From contig JAJEFD010000002.1 of assembly GCA_022820645.1 (NCBI GenBank), positions 227,514 to 291,513 on the forward strand: 64,000 bases of DNA. The letters run 5' to 3'. Origin of the DNA: Dehalococcoidia bacterium. Lineage in GTDB: Bacteria; Chloroflexota; Dehalococcoidia; Lucifugimonadales; Australimonadaceae. The position numbers and the translations under genes were made by a program. Below are positions 40,853 through 50,417 of this stretch, piece after piece; position 1 is the first letter of the stretch, and every line of letters starts with the position of its first letter. The notes beneath the pieces were generated by a model. It ran no database searches and was not told the origin of the DNA. It saw nothing but the letters and a program-made list of their open reading frames with translations.

Positions 40853-41120
40853 CAGCCCCCGTCGTTCCAGCGAAAGCTGGAATCCAGAAGTTTGGTGTAG
40901 GGGCATCCCTTGTGGGTGCCCTTGTATGCCCACCTCTCCCCGGGGGAGAGGTCGCCGCGCAGCGGCGGGTGAGGGTGAACCGGACGTGGGGCGCAGCCCC
41001 CGTCATTCCAGCGAAAGCTGGGATCCAGAAGTTTGGTGTAGGGGCATCCCTTGTGGGTGCCCTCGTAGCCCACCTCTCCCTCGGGGAGAGGTCGACGCGC
41101 AGCGGCGGGTGAGGGCCTCC
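40853..41120 (+). repeat. Tandem duplication (141-bp period) of an A-D-B mosaic unit
   Basis: GTC(G/A)TTCCAGCGAAAGCTGG.ATCCAG-AAGTTTGG-TGTAGGGGCATCCCTTGTGGGTGCCC-..-CACCTCTCCC..GGGAGAGG..GGGTGAGGG, twice. Confidence 0.9.
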
Positions 41121-41122
41121 CC

Positions 41123-42013
41123 CTACTGCCCACCCCCCACCACGCGGACGTGGCCGTGCAGCACGATCTGCGGGCCGGGTTCGACCGCGCCCATCTCCGA
41201 TTCGACGCTGACGCCAAGCCTGCTCATGCCGCCGGGGTGTCCGAGCAGGTGGACCCACGCGTAGCCGCCCTCTCCCACGGTGAACACCGCCGCGCTCTTG
41301 GTCTGGTGCTCCTGGTCCCACCACCACGCCCGGTAGATGAAACCGGGCTCCAGCGCGCTGAGGCCCCTCACGACGAGCATGCTCTGGCCGTCCGGCCTCG
41401 TGATGAGGATGCCTCGGGCGTGCCTGGCGCCATAGCGGGCCTCCTGCTCCTTCGGCGCCTCCTCGGTCTCCGATACGGGCTGCGCGGGCGTGAGGGCGGT
41501 CATCGCAACGCTGTCCGCGACCATGTCGCTGAGCCCGACGAGGTCGCTGCGGACGTCTTCCGCCTCTGCGGTCACCACGTCCACCTCGCCCTGCAGCTGC
41601 ACCACGCGCTGCTGCTGCATGGTCGAGAACGCGCCCAGCCCCATGACCGCCACGGCGAGCGCGGCGGCAACGCCGAGCAGTGCGAACGGCACGCGCGGCG
41701 CGGGACGCACAACCGGCTCCGCGGCGGAACCGCGCACCCGTCCCATGATGCGCTCGCGCACCTCGGCGCTCGGAACCGCGAACGTATGGGAGGCCGCGAG
41801 CGCGCCAACGCTCTCCAGCTGCTGCTCCAGCATCTCCCGGTAGCGTGGCTCGCGATCGAGGGCGCGTTCGACGACCAGCGCGTCCGCTGCGTCCAGCGCC
41901 CCGAGGGCGTAGGCCGGCAGCAGCCCGGCTATCTCGTCCCCCGCCTCATTCCCCTCTCCTTCTGGGAGAGGGTCAGGGTGAGGGTACTGCGGCTCTAACG
42001 GCTCGTCGGCCAT
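41123..42013 (-). CDS. Anti-sigma factor (RskA-like)
   Basis: LLPAYALGALD, P...R.RIM, single TM helix, Y.AWW, VSVE...G..P; coupled to the ECF sigma gene. Confidence 0.85.
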   Translation of the reverse strand: MADEPLEPQYPHPDPLPEGEGNEAGDEIAGLLPAYALGALDAADALVVERALDREPRYREMLEQQLESVGALAASHTFAVPSAEVRERIMGRVRGSAAEPVVRPAPRVPFALLGVAAALAVAVMGLGAFSTMQQQRVVQLQGEVDVVTAEAEDVRSDLVGLSDMVADSVAMTALTPAQPVSETEEAPKEQEARYGARHARGILITRPDGQSMLVVRGLSALEPGFIYRAWWWDQEHQTKSAAVFTVGEGGYAWVHLLGHPGGMSRLGVSVESEMGAVEPGPQIVLHGHVRVVGGGQ

Positions 42014-42615
42014 CACGCCCCCTCCGGTGCGGGTGCATTCATCGTCTGCCTCAACTTGCTCAGTCCTAGGCGCAGGCGGGTCTTGACCGTGCCGAGCGGT
42101 GTCCCCGTGCGCTGCGCTATCTCCTGTTGTGTCGCGCCTTCCAGGTATGCCATCACGATGACGACGCGCTGCTCCTCCGGCAGTGCGCGCAGGGCCTCGC
42201 GCGCCTCGCCGACCAGCACGGACGTTATCGCCTCGTCCGCGGTGTCGCCGGAAGAGACGAGCCCGAGTGTCGCGTCCTCCGGCGCCCTGTCGGCGTCCAT
42301 CAGTGCGGCCCGGCGCCTGCGGCGCACCTCGTCGATCACGCGGTTGTGCGCCAGGTGCAGGAACCAGTGCCGGAAGACGCCCTTCGCTGCGTCGAACCGC
42401 CCTGCCCGCGTCCAGAGCGCCACGAAGACCTCCTGGGCGAGGTCCTCGGCGAGTGCGTAGTCCCTGAGTATCCCGTACGCCATGCTGAACACCTGCACGC
42501 CGTAGCGGTTGTAGAGCTCCTCGAGCGAGCCCGCGTCACCGGCCGCAACACGGGAAGCCAGAACGGCGTCCGGTTGGGCAGTCAGAGTGAGGGACACGTT
42601 CTCACCGCTCGCCAT
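42013..42615 (-). CDS. ECF sigma factor (SigK-like)
   Basis: GD..SLEELYNRY, AEDLAQEVF..LW..A.RFD...G, AY.EG.TQ.EIA.....PLGTVKTRLR. Confidence 0.92.
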   Translation of the reverse strand: MASGENVSLTLTAQPDAVLASRVAAGDAGSLEELYNRYGVQVFSMAYGILRDYALAEDLAQEVFVALWTRAGRFDAAKGVFRHWFLHLAHNRVIDEVRRRRRAALMDADRAPEDATLGLVSSGDTADEAITSVLVGEAREALRALPEEQRVVIVMAYLEGATQQEIAQRTGTPLGTVKTRLRLGLSKLRQTMNAPAPEGA

Positions 42616-42829
42616 AGCGCGGCACTCTTTCTCTACGTGAGGTACTACGATGCACCCGGTATTTCGGATTCATGGCTCTTCCCTGCTCTTCCAATTGTAA
42701 CGTCAGGTCGGTAACTCGTCGTTCCTGCGAAACCAACCCGGTGCAGGTGGTCGAGGGAGAGGGTGCGGCTGCTCCAATACGGGTAGAATCTCCCCACCAC
42801 CCCACACAAGAACGGAGGCAGGCGCGCGC

Positions 42830-43900
<1,071 letters not shown>

Positions 43901-44262
43901 GCAGCCCCCGTCATTCCCGCGAAGGCGGGAATCCAGCGCGCGAAGCGCCTTTATCACCTCGCCCCTTGGGAGAGGAAGCTGCCGCATGGCAGCCGGTGAG
44001 GGTGAACCAGACGCGGGGCGTAGCCCCCGTCATTCCCGCGAAGGCGGGAATCCAGCGCGCGAAGCGCCTTTATCCACCTCGCCCCCTGGGAGAGGTCAAC
44101 GCGCGACAGCGCGGCGGGTGAGGGTGAACCGGTGGGGCGGCGGTGGGGCCTGTCATGCTGAGCAAAGCGCAGCGGAGTCGAGGCATCTCTCGGGTAGCGC
44201 CCGCTCATGGTGAGCCTGTCGAATCACCGTCGTTCCCGCGAAGGCAGGAACCTCGCAGCCAC
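43901..44262 (+). repeat. Mosaic repeat array (A-B)x2, C, E, A
   Basis: Two units about 119 bp apart beginning AGCCCCCGTCATTCCCGCGAAGGCGGGAATCCAG, then TGTCATGCTGAGC..GCATCTCTCGGG, CGCTCATGGTGAGCCTGTCGAA, CCGTCGTTCCCGCGAAGGCAGGAACCTCGC. Confidence 0.9.
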
Positions 44263-44300
44263 TTGAGCGCGAGGCTCGCGTCAACCACCACCGAAACCGC

Positions 44301-44453
44301 TCACGCCCACCCTTCGGTTTCGGCATCCCTGATCTCGCGGGCCTCCCTAATCAAGTCGGCGGAACTCCCAAGGAGAGGCTTGCCTCCGAATATCTCTCGG
44401 CGGAGCTCTGCTAACAGTTCATCGTCAGGTTTATCAGGCAACGGCTTTTCCAT
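44301..44453 (-). CDS. Small (50 aa) VapB-like acidic protein, below the ORF-track cutoff
   Basis: MEKPLPDKPDDELLAELRREIFGGKPLLGSSADLIREAREIRDAETEGWA. Confidence 0.5.
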   Translation of the reverse strand: MEKPLPDKPDDELLAELRREIFGGKPLLGSSADLIREAREIRDAETEGWA

Positions 44454-44471
44454 ATCGTACGTCCTGCCCCC

Positions 44472-45212
44472 CTACTCCCGGTACGACGTGTCCTTCCGGT
44501 CGAGCACCCGCAGCAGCCACTCCCACTCCATCGAGCCGTGCATCTGGCCGAGGAGCCCGGCGGTCTTCTCGATGGCGGGCAGCGGGGCCTGGTGAAGCGC
44601 CTGCCCCGTCGACTGCGCGAGCACCTGCACCTGGCAGGCGCGCTCGAGCTGCCACATCAGCGTCCATGCCTCCGCGACGGTCCGGCCCGCCGTGAGCAGG
44701 CCGTGGTTCCGCATGATCATCGCGTCCTTGTCGCCGAGGTCGGTCACGAGCCGCTCGCACTCGTCCGTGTCGACCGCAAGCCCCTCGAACTCGTGGTAGG
44801 CGACGCGCTCGTGGAAGCGGTACGTGTCCTGTTGCAGCGGGACCAGGCCCTCTTCCAGCGCGGAGACGGCCATGCCGTAAGGCGTGTGCGTGTGCATCAC
44901 GCAGTTGACGTCGTGCCGCGCCCCGTGGACGGCGGAGTGGATGACGTAGCCGGCGAAGTTGATCCGGTGATCGCCCTCCTCCCGCACCTTGCCGTCCAGG
45001 TCTATCTTGACGAGGTTGGAGGCCTTCACCTCGTCGTAGCCGAGGCCGTATTCATTGATGAGGAACTGGTCGTCCGTGCCCGGCACCCGCGCCGTGATGT
45101 GGTTGTAGACCAGCGTCGTCATGCCGAAGTGATCGGTGAGACGGTACGCCGCGGCGAGGTCCACCCGCGCCTGCCATTCCGCTTCCGAGTAGCCATTCCT
45201 GGTTCCGGCCAT
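44472..45212 (-). CDS. Class II aldolase/adducin family protein
   Basis: RVDLAAAYR, NHITAR, IHSAVH, HTHT, MRNHGLL. Confidence 0.93.
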   Translation of the reverse strand: MAGTRNGYSEAEWQARVDLAAAYRLTDHFGMTTLVYNHITARVPGTDDQFLINEYGLGYDEVKASNLVKIDLDGKVREEGDHRINFAGYVIHSAVHGARHDVNCVMHTHTPYGMAVSALEEGLVPLQQDTYRFHERVAYHEFEGLAVDTDECERLVTDLGDKDAMIMRNHGLLTAGRTVAEAWTLMWQLERACQVQVLAQSTGQALHQAPLPAIEKTAGLLGQMHGSMEWEWLLRVLDRKDTSYRE

Positions 45213-45235
45213 GTCCGTTCCTCCTTCTCTCCTGT

Positions 45236-45318
45236 CCGTCGTTCCTGCCCTGCCCCGTCATTCTCGCGAAGGCGGGAATCCAGGGTGGGCTGCCGCATGG
45301 CAGCCGGTGAGGGTGCCC
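45236..45318 (+). repeat. Mosaic repeat (A plus partial B)
   Basis: CCGTCGTTCCTGC..CCGTCATTCTCGCGAAGGCGGGAATCCAG..GCTGCCGCATGGCAGCCGGTGAGGG. Confidence 0.8.
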
Positions 45319-46101
45319 CTACCTCCGCCAGTTGGTCACCGGCTTCTCCAGTTCCTCGCCGTCCACGCGGATGGCCTCCACCCGCTCGTTGAAGAAGCAG
45401 ACCAGCCCTGCGACCCCTGCAGTCTCCGTGGTGGGATACTTGTAGCACCACGCCGCGTCTTCCAGCAAGCCGCTCTCCGTCCCCACGGAGTAGTAGTTCG
45501 CCTTCCCCTTGTACGGGCAGCGGCTCACCGTCTCGCTGGGGAGCAGCAGGTCCATCCGCACGTCCATCTTCGGCAGGTAGTAGCGCAGCGGGTGGCCCGG
45601 CTCCAGCAGCACCACCGGCGACGTACTGTCGGCGACCTTCTCCCCGCCCGCGTGCACCTCGACGTGGCGCCCCGACCTGAACGTCTCGATGCGCTTGAAC
45701 GGGTCCTTCGCGTGGACGAACACCTCCTCCTCTTCCTCGTACCAGGCGTCCATCTCGCCCCAGCGGAACGCCACCGTCCCCGCGAGGAACGCCACGTCGT
45801 CCGCCGTCTCGGTGTACTCCCATGCCGCGCCTTCCGCCGAACGCTCCCCCACCCGCACGTCGAACAGCGACATCGTCCCGCGTGCGTTCGTCTCGGTACG
45901 CCCGGTGGCCGCCAGCGCGTCCTGCTGCACGTCGTCCTTTGGGAAGTAGTACACCGGCGGCCCTCCGCCCCGGAACAGGTTCGCGCGCGTGGTGTCCACG
46001 ATGGCCTCGCCGCCGAAGAACACCCGCAGGCGCTTGGGGCTCGTTATCCAGCGCGGCTCCGGCGCCGTGATCAGCCGGTTGTTCTCGTCCAGGTAGTCCA
46101 T
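45319..46101 (-). CDS. DUF427 domain-containing protein (tandem domains)
   Basis: PVYYFP..DV, W.EEEE.V..HAKDPF.R, RYYLP..DV, CPYKGKA.Y. Confidence 0.9.
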   Translation of the reverse strand: MDYLDENNRLITAPEPRWITSPKRLRVFFGGEAIVDTTRANLFRGGGPPVYYFPKDDVQQDALAATGRTETNARGTMSLFDVRVGERSAEGAAWEYTETADDVAFLAGTVAFRWGEMDAWYEEEEEVFVHAKDPFKRIETFRSGRHVEVHAGGEKVADSTSPVVLLEPGHPLRYYLPKMDVRMDLLLPSETVSRCPYKGKANYYSVGTESGLLEDAAWCYKYPTTETAGVAGLVCFFNERVEAIRVDGEELEKPVTNWRR

Positions 46102-46142
46102 GACGCTCTCCTCCTTGCTTGCCCCTGTCTCGGGTGCCTGGT

Positions 46143-46180
46143 CCCCTCTCCTGAGGGAGAGGGTTAGGGTGAGGGCCCTC
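46143..46180 (+). repeat. Palindromic repeat module B supplying the MFS stop codon
   Basis: CCCCTCTCCTGAGGGAGAGGGTTAGGGTGAGGGCCC. Confidence 0.8.
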
Positions 46181-47462
46181 CGGGGGCGGTGTGGGTTGTG
46201 GTTGACTGTGCTGCGGGGGCAAGCTCTCCCCGCCGCAGCGTCTCCGGTATCAGGAAAATGACGATGAGCGCGCCCACGAACGCCGTCGCGCTCAGGAATC
46301 CGAACCCCACCGTGGCGCCGGACAGCGCATACAGCCAGCTCCAACTCGCTGGGCTGAGCGTGGCCCCCGCCTGCGCGACGGTGCGCGATACGCCGAAGAA
46401 CTTGCCCCGCGCCTCCGCAGGCGCGACGTCCGTGCCGAGCGTCTGCATGTTGCCCGATATGACGTTCACCGACATGTGCACGGCGACGAACGCGGCGATG
46501 AACCACGCGAGGGAGGCTCCCGTGTACGCCGTCACGGCCAGGAAGACCATGGACAGCCCCGAAAGGAGCAGCCCCGGGATGATGGTGTACTTCCGTCCGA
46601 ACCGGTCCATCACGTAACCGCCGGTGAAGACGATGGGGATCGCGACCGCTGCCATCGCTCCGCGCAGCACGCCGATCTCGTCCGGCTCCATGCTGTACGG
46701 CTCGTATGCGGCGTAGGTGACGATGACGCCTCCGCCGAACACGCCTCCCCGCGTGACGTTCGCGAGGAATTGCACGACGAACACCGCCGGTATCGGCGCG
46801 GCCGTCATGTGCCGCCAGACACCGCGCGGAGCCTCGCCCGAAGCGGATGCCTGGCGCGGACGCGCGGGCGGCGCGGACTCCCGCAGGATGAAGAAGCTGG
46901 GGATGACCGCGATGAGAACGATGGCCGCGTGCATCACGAATGGCGTCCACAGCCCCAGCAGCACCGCCGCGAACCCACCGACCACCGGGCCCGACAGGTT
47001 GCCGATCTGCTGCACGCCAAACATCTGCGTGACCTGCTTGCCGCGCTGGTTCGACGCTCCCGTGTCGGCGATGACGGTGATGCGGCTCATCATCCACATC
47101 TGCTCGCCCCACCCTGCGAGGAAGCGGTAGATCAGCAGCTCCAGAAACGAACCGTCCGCCCCCTCGAGCGCAACCTTGGCGACGAGCAGCGATGCCGCCG
47201 CCGTGATGAACGGCCCCGCGAGCAGCACCCGGCGCCGTCCCAGCTTGTCGATGAGGAACCCGGTCGGCAGCGGCGCAGCGAGCGTTCCGAGCAGTTGGAA
47301 AACGAACACGAGCGCCGCGCCCTCCAGCGCAACGCCCATCTGCTGGGCCAGCTCCGGGATGACGGGAACGGTGAGGCCGAGCCCGAGTCCCATGGAGATG
47401 GAGGGCAGGTGCAGTGTCAGCAGCAGGTATTTGAAGTCGTTTCTCGGGGCCTGCACAGCCAT
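46164..47462 (-). CDS. MFS transporter
   Basis: GFLIDKLGRR and GYVMDRFGRK; about 12 TM. Confidence 0.9.
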   Translation of the reverse strand: MAVQAPRNDFKYLLLTLHLPSISMGLGLGLTVPVIPELAQQMGVALEGAALVFVFQLLGTLAAPLPTGFLIDKLGRRRVLLAGPFITAAASLLVAKVALEGADGSFLELLIYRFLAGWGEQMWMMSRITVIADTGASNQRGKQVTQMFGVQQIGNLSGPVVGGFAAVLLGLWTPFVMHAAIVLIAVIPSFFILRESAPPARPRQASASGEAPRGVWRHMTAAPIPAVFVVQFLANVTRGGVFGGGVIVTYAAYEPYSMEPDEIGVLRGAMAAVAIPIVFTGGYVMDRFGRKYTIIPGLLLSGLSMVFLAVTAYTGASLAWFIAAFVAVHMSVNVISGNMQTLGTDVAPAEARGKFFGVSRTVAQAGATLSPASWSWLYALSGATVGFGFLSATAFVGALIVIFLIPETLRRGELAPAAQSTTTHTAPGGPSP

Positions 47463-47531
47463 CGAATCTCCCGGAGGGGCGTGCTGCAGGCAACCTACCC
47501 CGTCAGCGCAGGCAGGTCAAACCGAGTAGCT

Positions 47532-47575
47532 TGTCATTCCGAGCGAAGCGCAGCGGAGCCGAGGAATCTCTCGGA
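47532..47575 (+). repeat. Palindromic repeat module C
   Basis: TGTCATTCCGAGCGAAGCGCAGCGGAGCCGAGGAATCTCTCGG. Confidence 0.8.
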
Positions 47576-47584
47576 TGCCCCGCC

Positions 47585-47643
47585 GTTAGCAGACCGTTAG
47601 TTAGCAGACCGTTAACCGAATCCCGACGCCCCGCGTCTATCAT
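47585..47643 (+). promoter_or_regulatory. Pho-box-like direct repeats and -10 element upstream of aquaporin-arsC
   Basis: GTTAGCAGACC-GTTAG-TTAGCAGACC-GTTAAC; TATCAT at 47638, ATG 6 nt later. Confidence 0.5.
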
Positions 47644-47649
47644 CGGCCC

Positions 47650-48324
47650 ATGTTCGATGCACCGACGCTGCGCCGCCTTGCCTCCGAGGCCGTGGGAACG
47701 TTCGTCCTCGTCTTCGCCGGGACCGGCGCGATTATCATCGACGACCTGAACGGCGGCGGCATCGGCACGCTCGGCATCGGCATCGTGTTCGGTCTGACCG
47801 TCGCCGCGATGATCTACGCGACAGGCCACATATCCGGCGCGCACATCAACCCTGCGGTCACGTTCGCGTTCGCACTGGCGCGTCATTTTCCAGTTCGGAT
47901 GGCCCCGCTCTACTGGGCGGCGCAGTTGACCGGCGCAACCGTCGCGAGCCTCTCCCTCCTCGCCATGTTCGGCAGCGTCGGCTCGATGGGCGCGACGCTT
48001 CCGTCCGGCAGCGACCTGCAATCGCTCGCGCTGGAGGCGGTGCTCTCGTTCATCCTGATGTTCGTCATCATGGCCGTCGCAACGGACGTCCGCGCCGTCG
48101 GCCAGACCGCCGCGATCGCCATCGGCGCGACCGTGGGGCTGGAGGCGATATTCGCCGGTCCGATATCCGGCGCGTCGATGAACCCGGCGCGTTCGTTCGC
48201 CCCTGCCCTCGTCGCGGGTGAACTCGGCAGCTTCTGGATATACGTCGTGGGCCCGGTGGCGGGCGCCTCCCTCGCCGCCCTCTGCTACCGCCTGCTGCGC
48301 GGGGAGAACGGAGGGCGATCGTGA
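47650..48324 (+). CDS. MIP/aquaporin family channel (NIP/AqpS-like, probable arsenite efflux)
   Basis: SGAHINPAVT and SGASMNPARS; coupled to arsC. Confidence 0.92.
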   Translation: MFDAPTLRRLASEAVGTFVLVFAGTGAIIIDDLNGGGIGTLGIGIVFGLTVAAMIYATGHISGAHINPAVTFAFALARHFPVRMAPLYWAAQLTGATVASLSLLAMFGSVGSMGATLPSGSDLQSLALEAVLSFILMFVIMAVATDVRAVGQTAAIAIGATVGLEAIFAGPISGASMNPARSFAPALVAGELGSFWIYVVGPVAGASLAALCYRLLRGENGGRS

Positions 48325-48734
48325 GGGTGCTGTTCGTGTGCGTCCACAATTCGGGACGCAGCCAGATGGCCGAAGCGTTCACGCGGGCGCTTTCCTGTGA
48401 AACTGTGGAGGCTCGTTCAGCGGGCACGATGCCCGGCAGCGAGCTCAACCCGCTCGTCGCGCAGGCGATGGCGGAGCGGGGCATCCCCCTGACGGGGCAG
48501 TACCCGAAACTGATCGACCAGCAGATAGTGGACGAGGCCGATTACGCGTTCACGATGGGGTGCGCGATCGACGAGGCCTGCCCTGCCGTGTTCGTCCCCA
48601 GCGAGGACTGGGGGCTGGACGATCCTGCGGGCGAACCCATCGAAACCGTGCGCCGCATCCGCGACGAGATCGAGGCGAAGGTGCGAGCGATGCTCGACGG
48701 CATGGGCATCGCGCCTGCCAGCGACACGACGTAA
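48321..48734 (+). CDS. arsC: Arsenate reductase, LMW-PTP (thioredoxin) type
   Basis: CVHNSGRSQMAE, TMGC...ACP, DW.LDDP. Confidence 0.9.
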   Translation: MRVLFVCVHNSGRSQMAEAFTRALSCETVEARSAGTMPGSELNPLVAQAMAERGIPLTGQYPKLIDQQIVDEADYAFTMGCAIDEACPAVFVPSEDWGLDDPAGEPIETVRRIRDEIEAKVRAMLDGMGIAPASDTT

Positions 48735-48744
48735 GACGCAGGGG

Positions 48745-49071
48745 TCAGAAACGCCGGTCGCGGCTCCGCTCGTTGCGGCGTTTCACCTCTGCGTCTATCT
48801 GCGCGGCGGCGCGATCGAACAGCTCTTCCCTGGACAGATGGTCCGCTGCCCGCAACGCCGTACCGCGCGCGTCGAAGTCCTGGATGACCTCGCGCAGCAG
48901 CCTGTCGCGCCGTTGACCCGCAGTTTCGGAGCGCGCTTCCTCCATCTGTCTTACAGAAAGTAATCGGAGGTACTCGCGGACCATCGCGGACACCGACGTG
49001 TCCAATTCCGCCGCTCTGATGCGTGCCGAACGATATGTTTCGTCGTCCACAGTCACGGTGATGTTCTTCAT
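48745..49071 (-). CDS. Ribbon-helix-helix antitoxin-like protein
   Basis: MKNITVTVDDETYRSARIRAAE..TSVSAMVREYL, LSREELFDR. Confidence 0.75.
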   Translation of the reverse strand: MKNITVTVDDETYRSARIRAAELDTSVSAMVREYLRLLSVRQMEEARSETAGQRRDRLLREVIQDFDARGTALRAADHLSREELFDRAAAQIDAEVKRRNERSRDRRF

Positions 49072-49080
49072 CCGCGCAAC

Positions 49081-49097
49081 TCCACAGGAACTGTGGA
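49081..49097. promoter_or_regulatory. Palindromic operator of the RHH gene
   Basis: TCCACAG-GAA-CTGTGGA between minus-strand TAGAAT and the start codon. Confidence 0.55.
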
Positions 49098-49184
49098 CTA
49101 CATTCTAACGGCCTTGCATGGCTTGTCAAACGACAGGTCCGGCGATGCCACAGCTTCTGTGCAGGTCAGCGGAAGAAGGACACT

Positions 49185-50417
49185 TCAGGCGGGCAGTTCG
49201 CCCCCGTATTCCGCCCACAGCGCGTGGTACTCCGCGGCGACCTCCTCGGGTTGGTCCACGAGGAACGGGAAACGTGGTGGGTACCTCGTCTGCTCGTACT
49301 GTCCGGTCCGGACATTGGCGCGCGGCAGCGGCAACTTGTCGTTCCGCGACGCGTCGCGCAGCACCCCCTTCGGGTCGCCCCCGTCCTCGATCACCGCCAG
49401 GTCGTCCATGAACTGCTTCCGCAGCATGATCACCCCACGGTCGCTCTCCCCCAGGTGCTCGTTCCACCGGTCCGACACGTTCCCCTGCCCAACCCACGCG
49501 ATGAAGTCCTGGTTCATGATGTGGCTCGATATCCAGCGGCCCGTCTGCTTGTCAACGATGGGCGAGTGCCAGTATGGGATGCGCTCCTGCTCGAACGGCT
49601 GCTCTCCCGGTATCGGGTCGATGAACCACCCCACGCTCAGCGTGTGCTCGTCGTCTATCGGCACCCGCCACTCGAAGTGGCCCGTGTAGAGCGCGTTCGG
49701 CCACAGGCACACCCGCCCCACCTTCCACAGCTCGTTCTCCTTGTCCGTGTCCGCGCGGATGCGCAGATACCGGATGCCGAACTCGAATTCGTCGAACCCG
49801 ACCCGCGTGTGCGTCGGGGAGTAGTCGGGATCGCCCTTGAGACGGAGCGACCAGTTGGAGTGCAGCCACTCGAAGTGCACCGGGTCTATCGAGTTCTCCT
49901 GGCATTGCAGCCAGTTGCACGGGATCTCCGAGAACACCACCTGCTTGAAGCCCCGGTCGTGGTACCGGTCCCAGTCCCACAGCTCCGGTACAGGGCCTTC
50001 GCCGATGTACGCCCACAGCAGCCCCGCCTTCGCCTGCACCCGGTACGCCGTCGCGCGCACCTTCTCCTTGAAGTTCGCCTCGGGGTGCGCGATCTGCTCG
50101 AATGGCTGACCGATGCACCGCCCCTCCGTGTCGAACAGCCACCCGTGGTAGCTGCACCGCAGACCGCCGTCCTCCTCAACCCAGCCATACGAGAGGTCGG
50201 CGCGGCGGTGTGGACAGTGACGCTCCAGCAGCCCGTACTCCCCGGACATGTCCTTGAACAGCACCAGGTCCTCGCCCATCAGGCGTATCGGCTTCACCGG
50301 GTTGTCGTCCAGCTCCCCGACCGCGGCCACCGGATGCCAGTAGCGGCGCATCAGCCGCCCCATCGGCGTCCCCGGCCCCACCTTGGCGAGCAGATCGTTC
50401 TGGTCAGGCGTCAGCAT
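49185..50417 (-). CDS. Rieske oxygenase alpha subunit, copy 3
   Basis: CPHR..CSYHGW, ENSIDPVHFEWLH, NQD. Confidence 0.93.
   Translation of the reverse strand: MLTPDQNDLLAKVGPGTPMGRLMRRYWHPVAAVGELDDNPVKPIRLMGEDLVLFKDMSGEYGLLERHCPHRRADLSYGWVEEDGGLRCSYHGWLFDTEGRCIGQPFEQIAHPEANFKEKVRATAYRVQAKAGLLWAYIGEGPVPELWDWDRYHDRGFKQVVFSEIPCNWLQCQENSIDPVHFEWLHSNWSLRLKGDPDYSPTHTRVGFDEFEFGIRYLRIRADTDKENELWKVGRVCLWPNALYTGHFEWRVPIDDEHTLSVGWFIDPIPGEQPFEQERIPYWHSPIVDKQTGRWISSHIMNQDFIAWVGQGNVSDRWNEHLGESDRGVIMLRKQFMDDLAVIEDGGDPKGVLRDASRNDKLPLPRANVRTGQYEQTRYPPRFPFLVDQPEEVAAEYHALWAEYGGELPA

Noticed and set aside
40853-41120. Repeat arrays as a possible CRISPR
   Set aside because: Only two units, the intervening sequences are themselves repeated, and there are no cas genes
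42645-42672. Possible ECF autoregulatory promoter (GAATCC-N16-CGTA, minus strand) upstream of the sigma gene
   Set aside because: Plausible but too short to support without comparative data
45319-47493. 724-aa ORF suggesting an MFS-DUF427 fusion
   Set aside because: The upstream part is an off-frame read of the MFS gene; DUF427 has its own RBS and ATG at 46101
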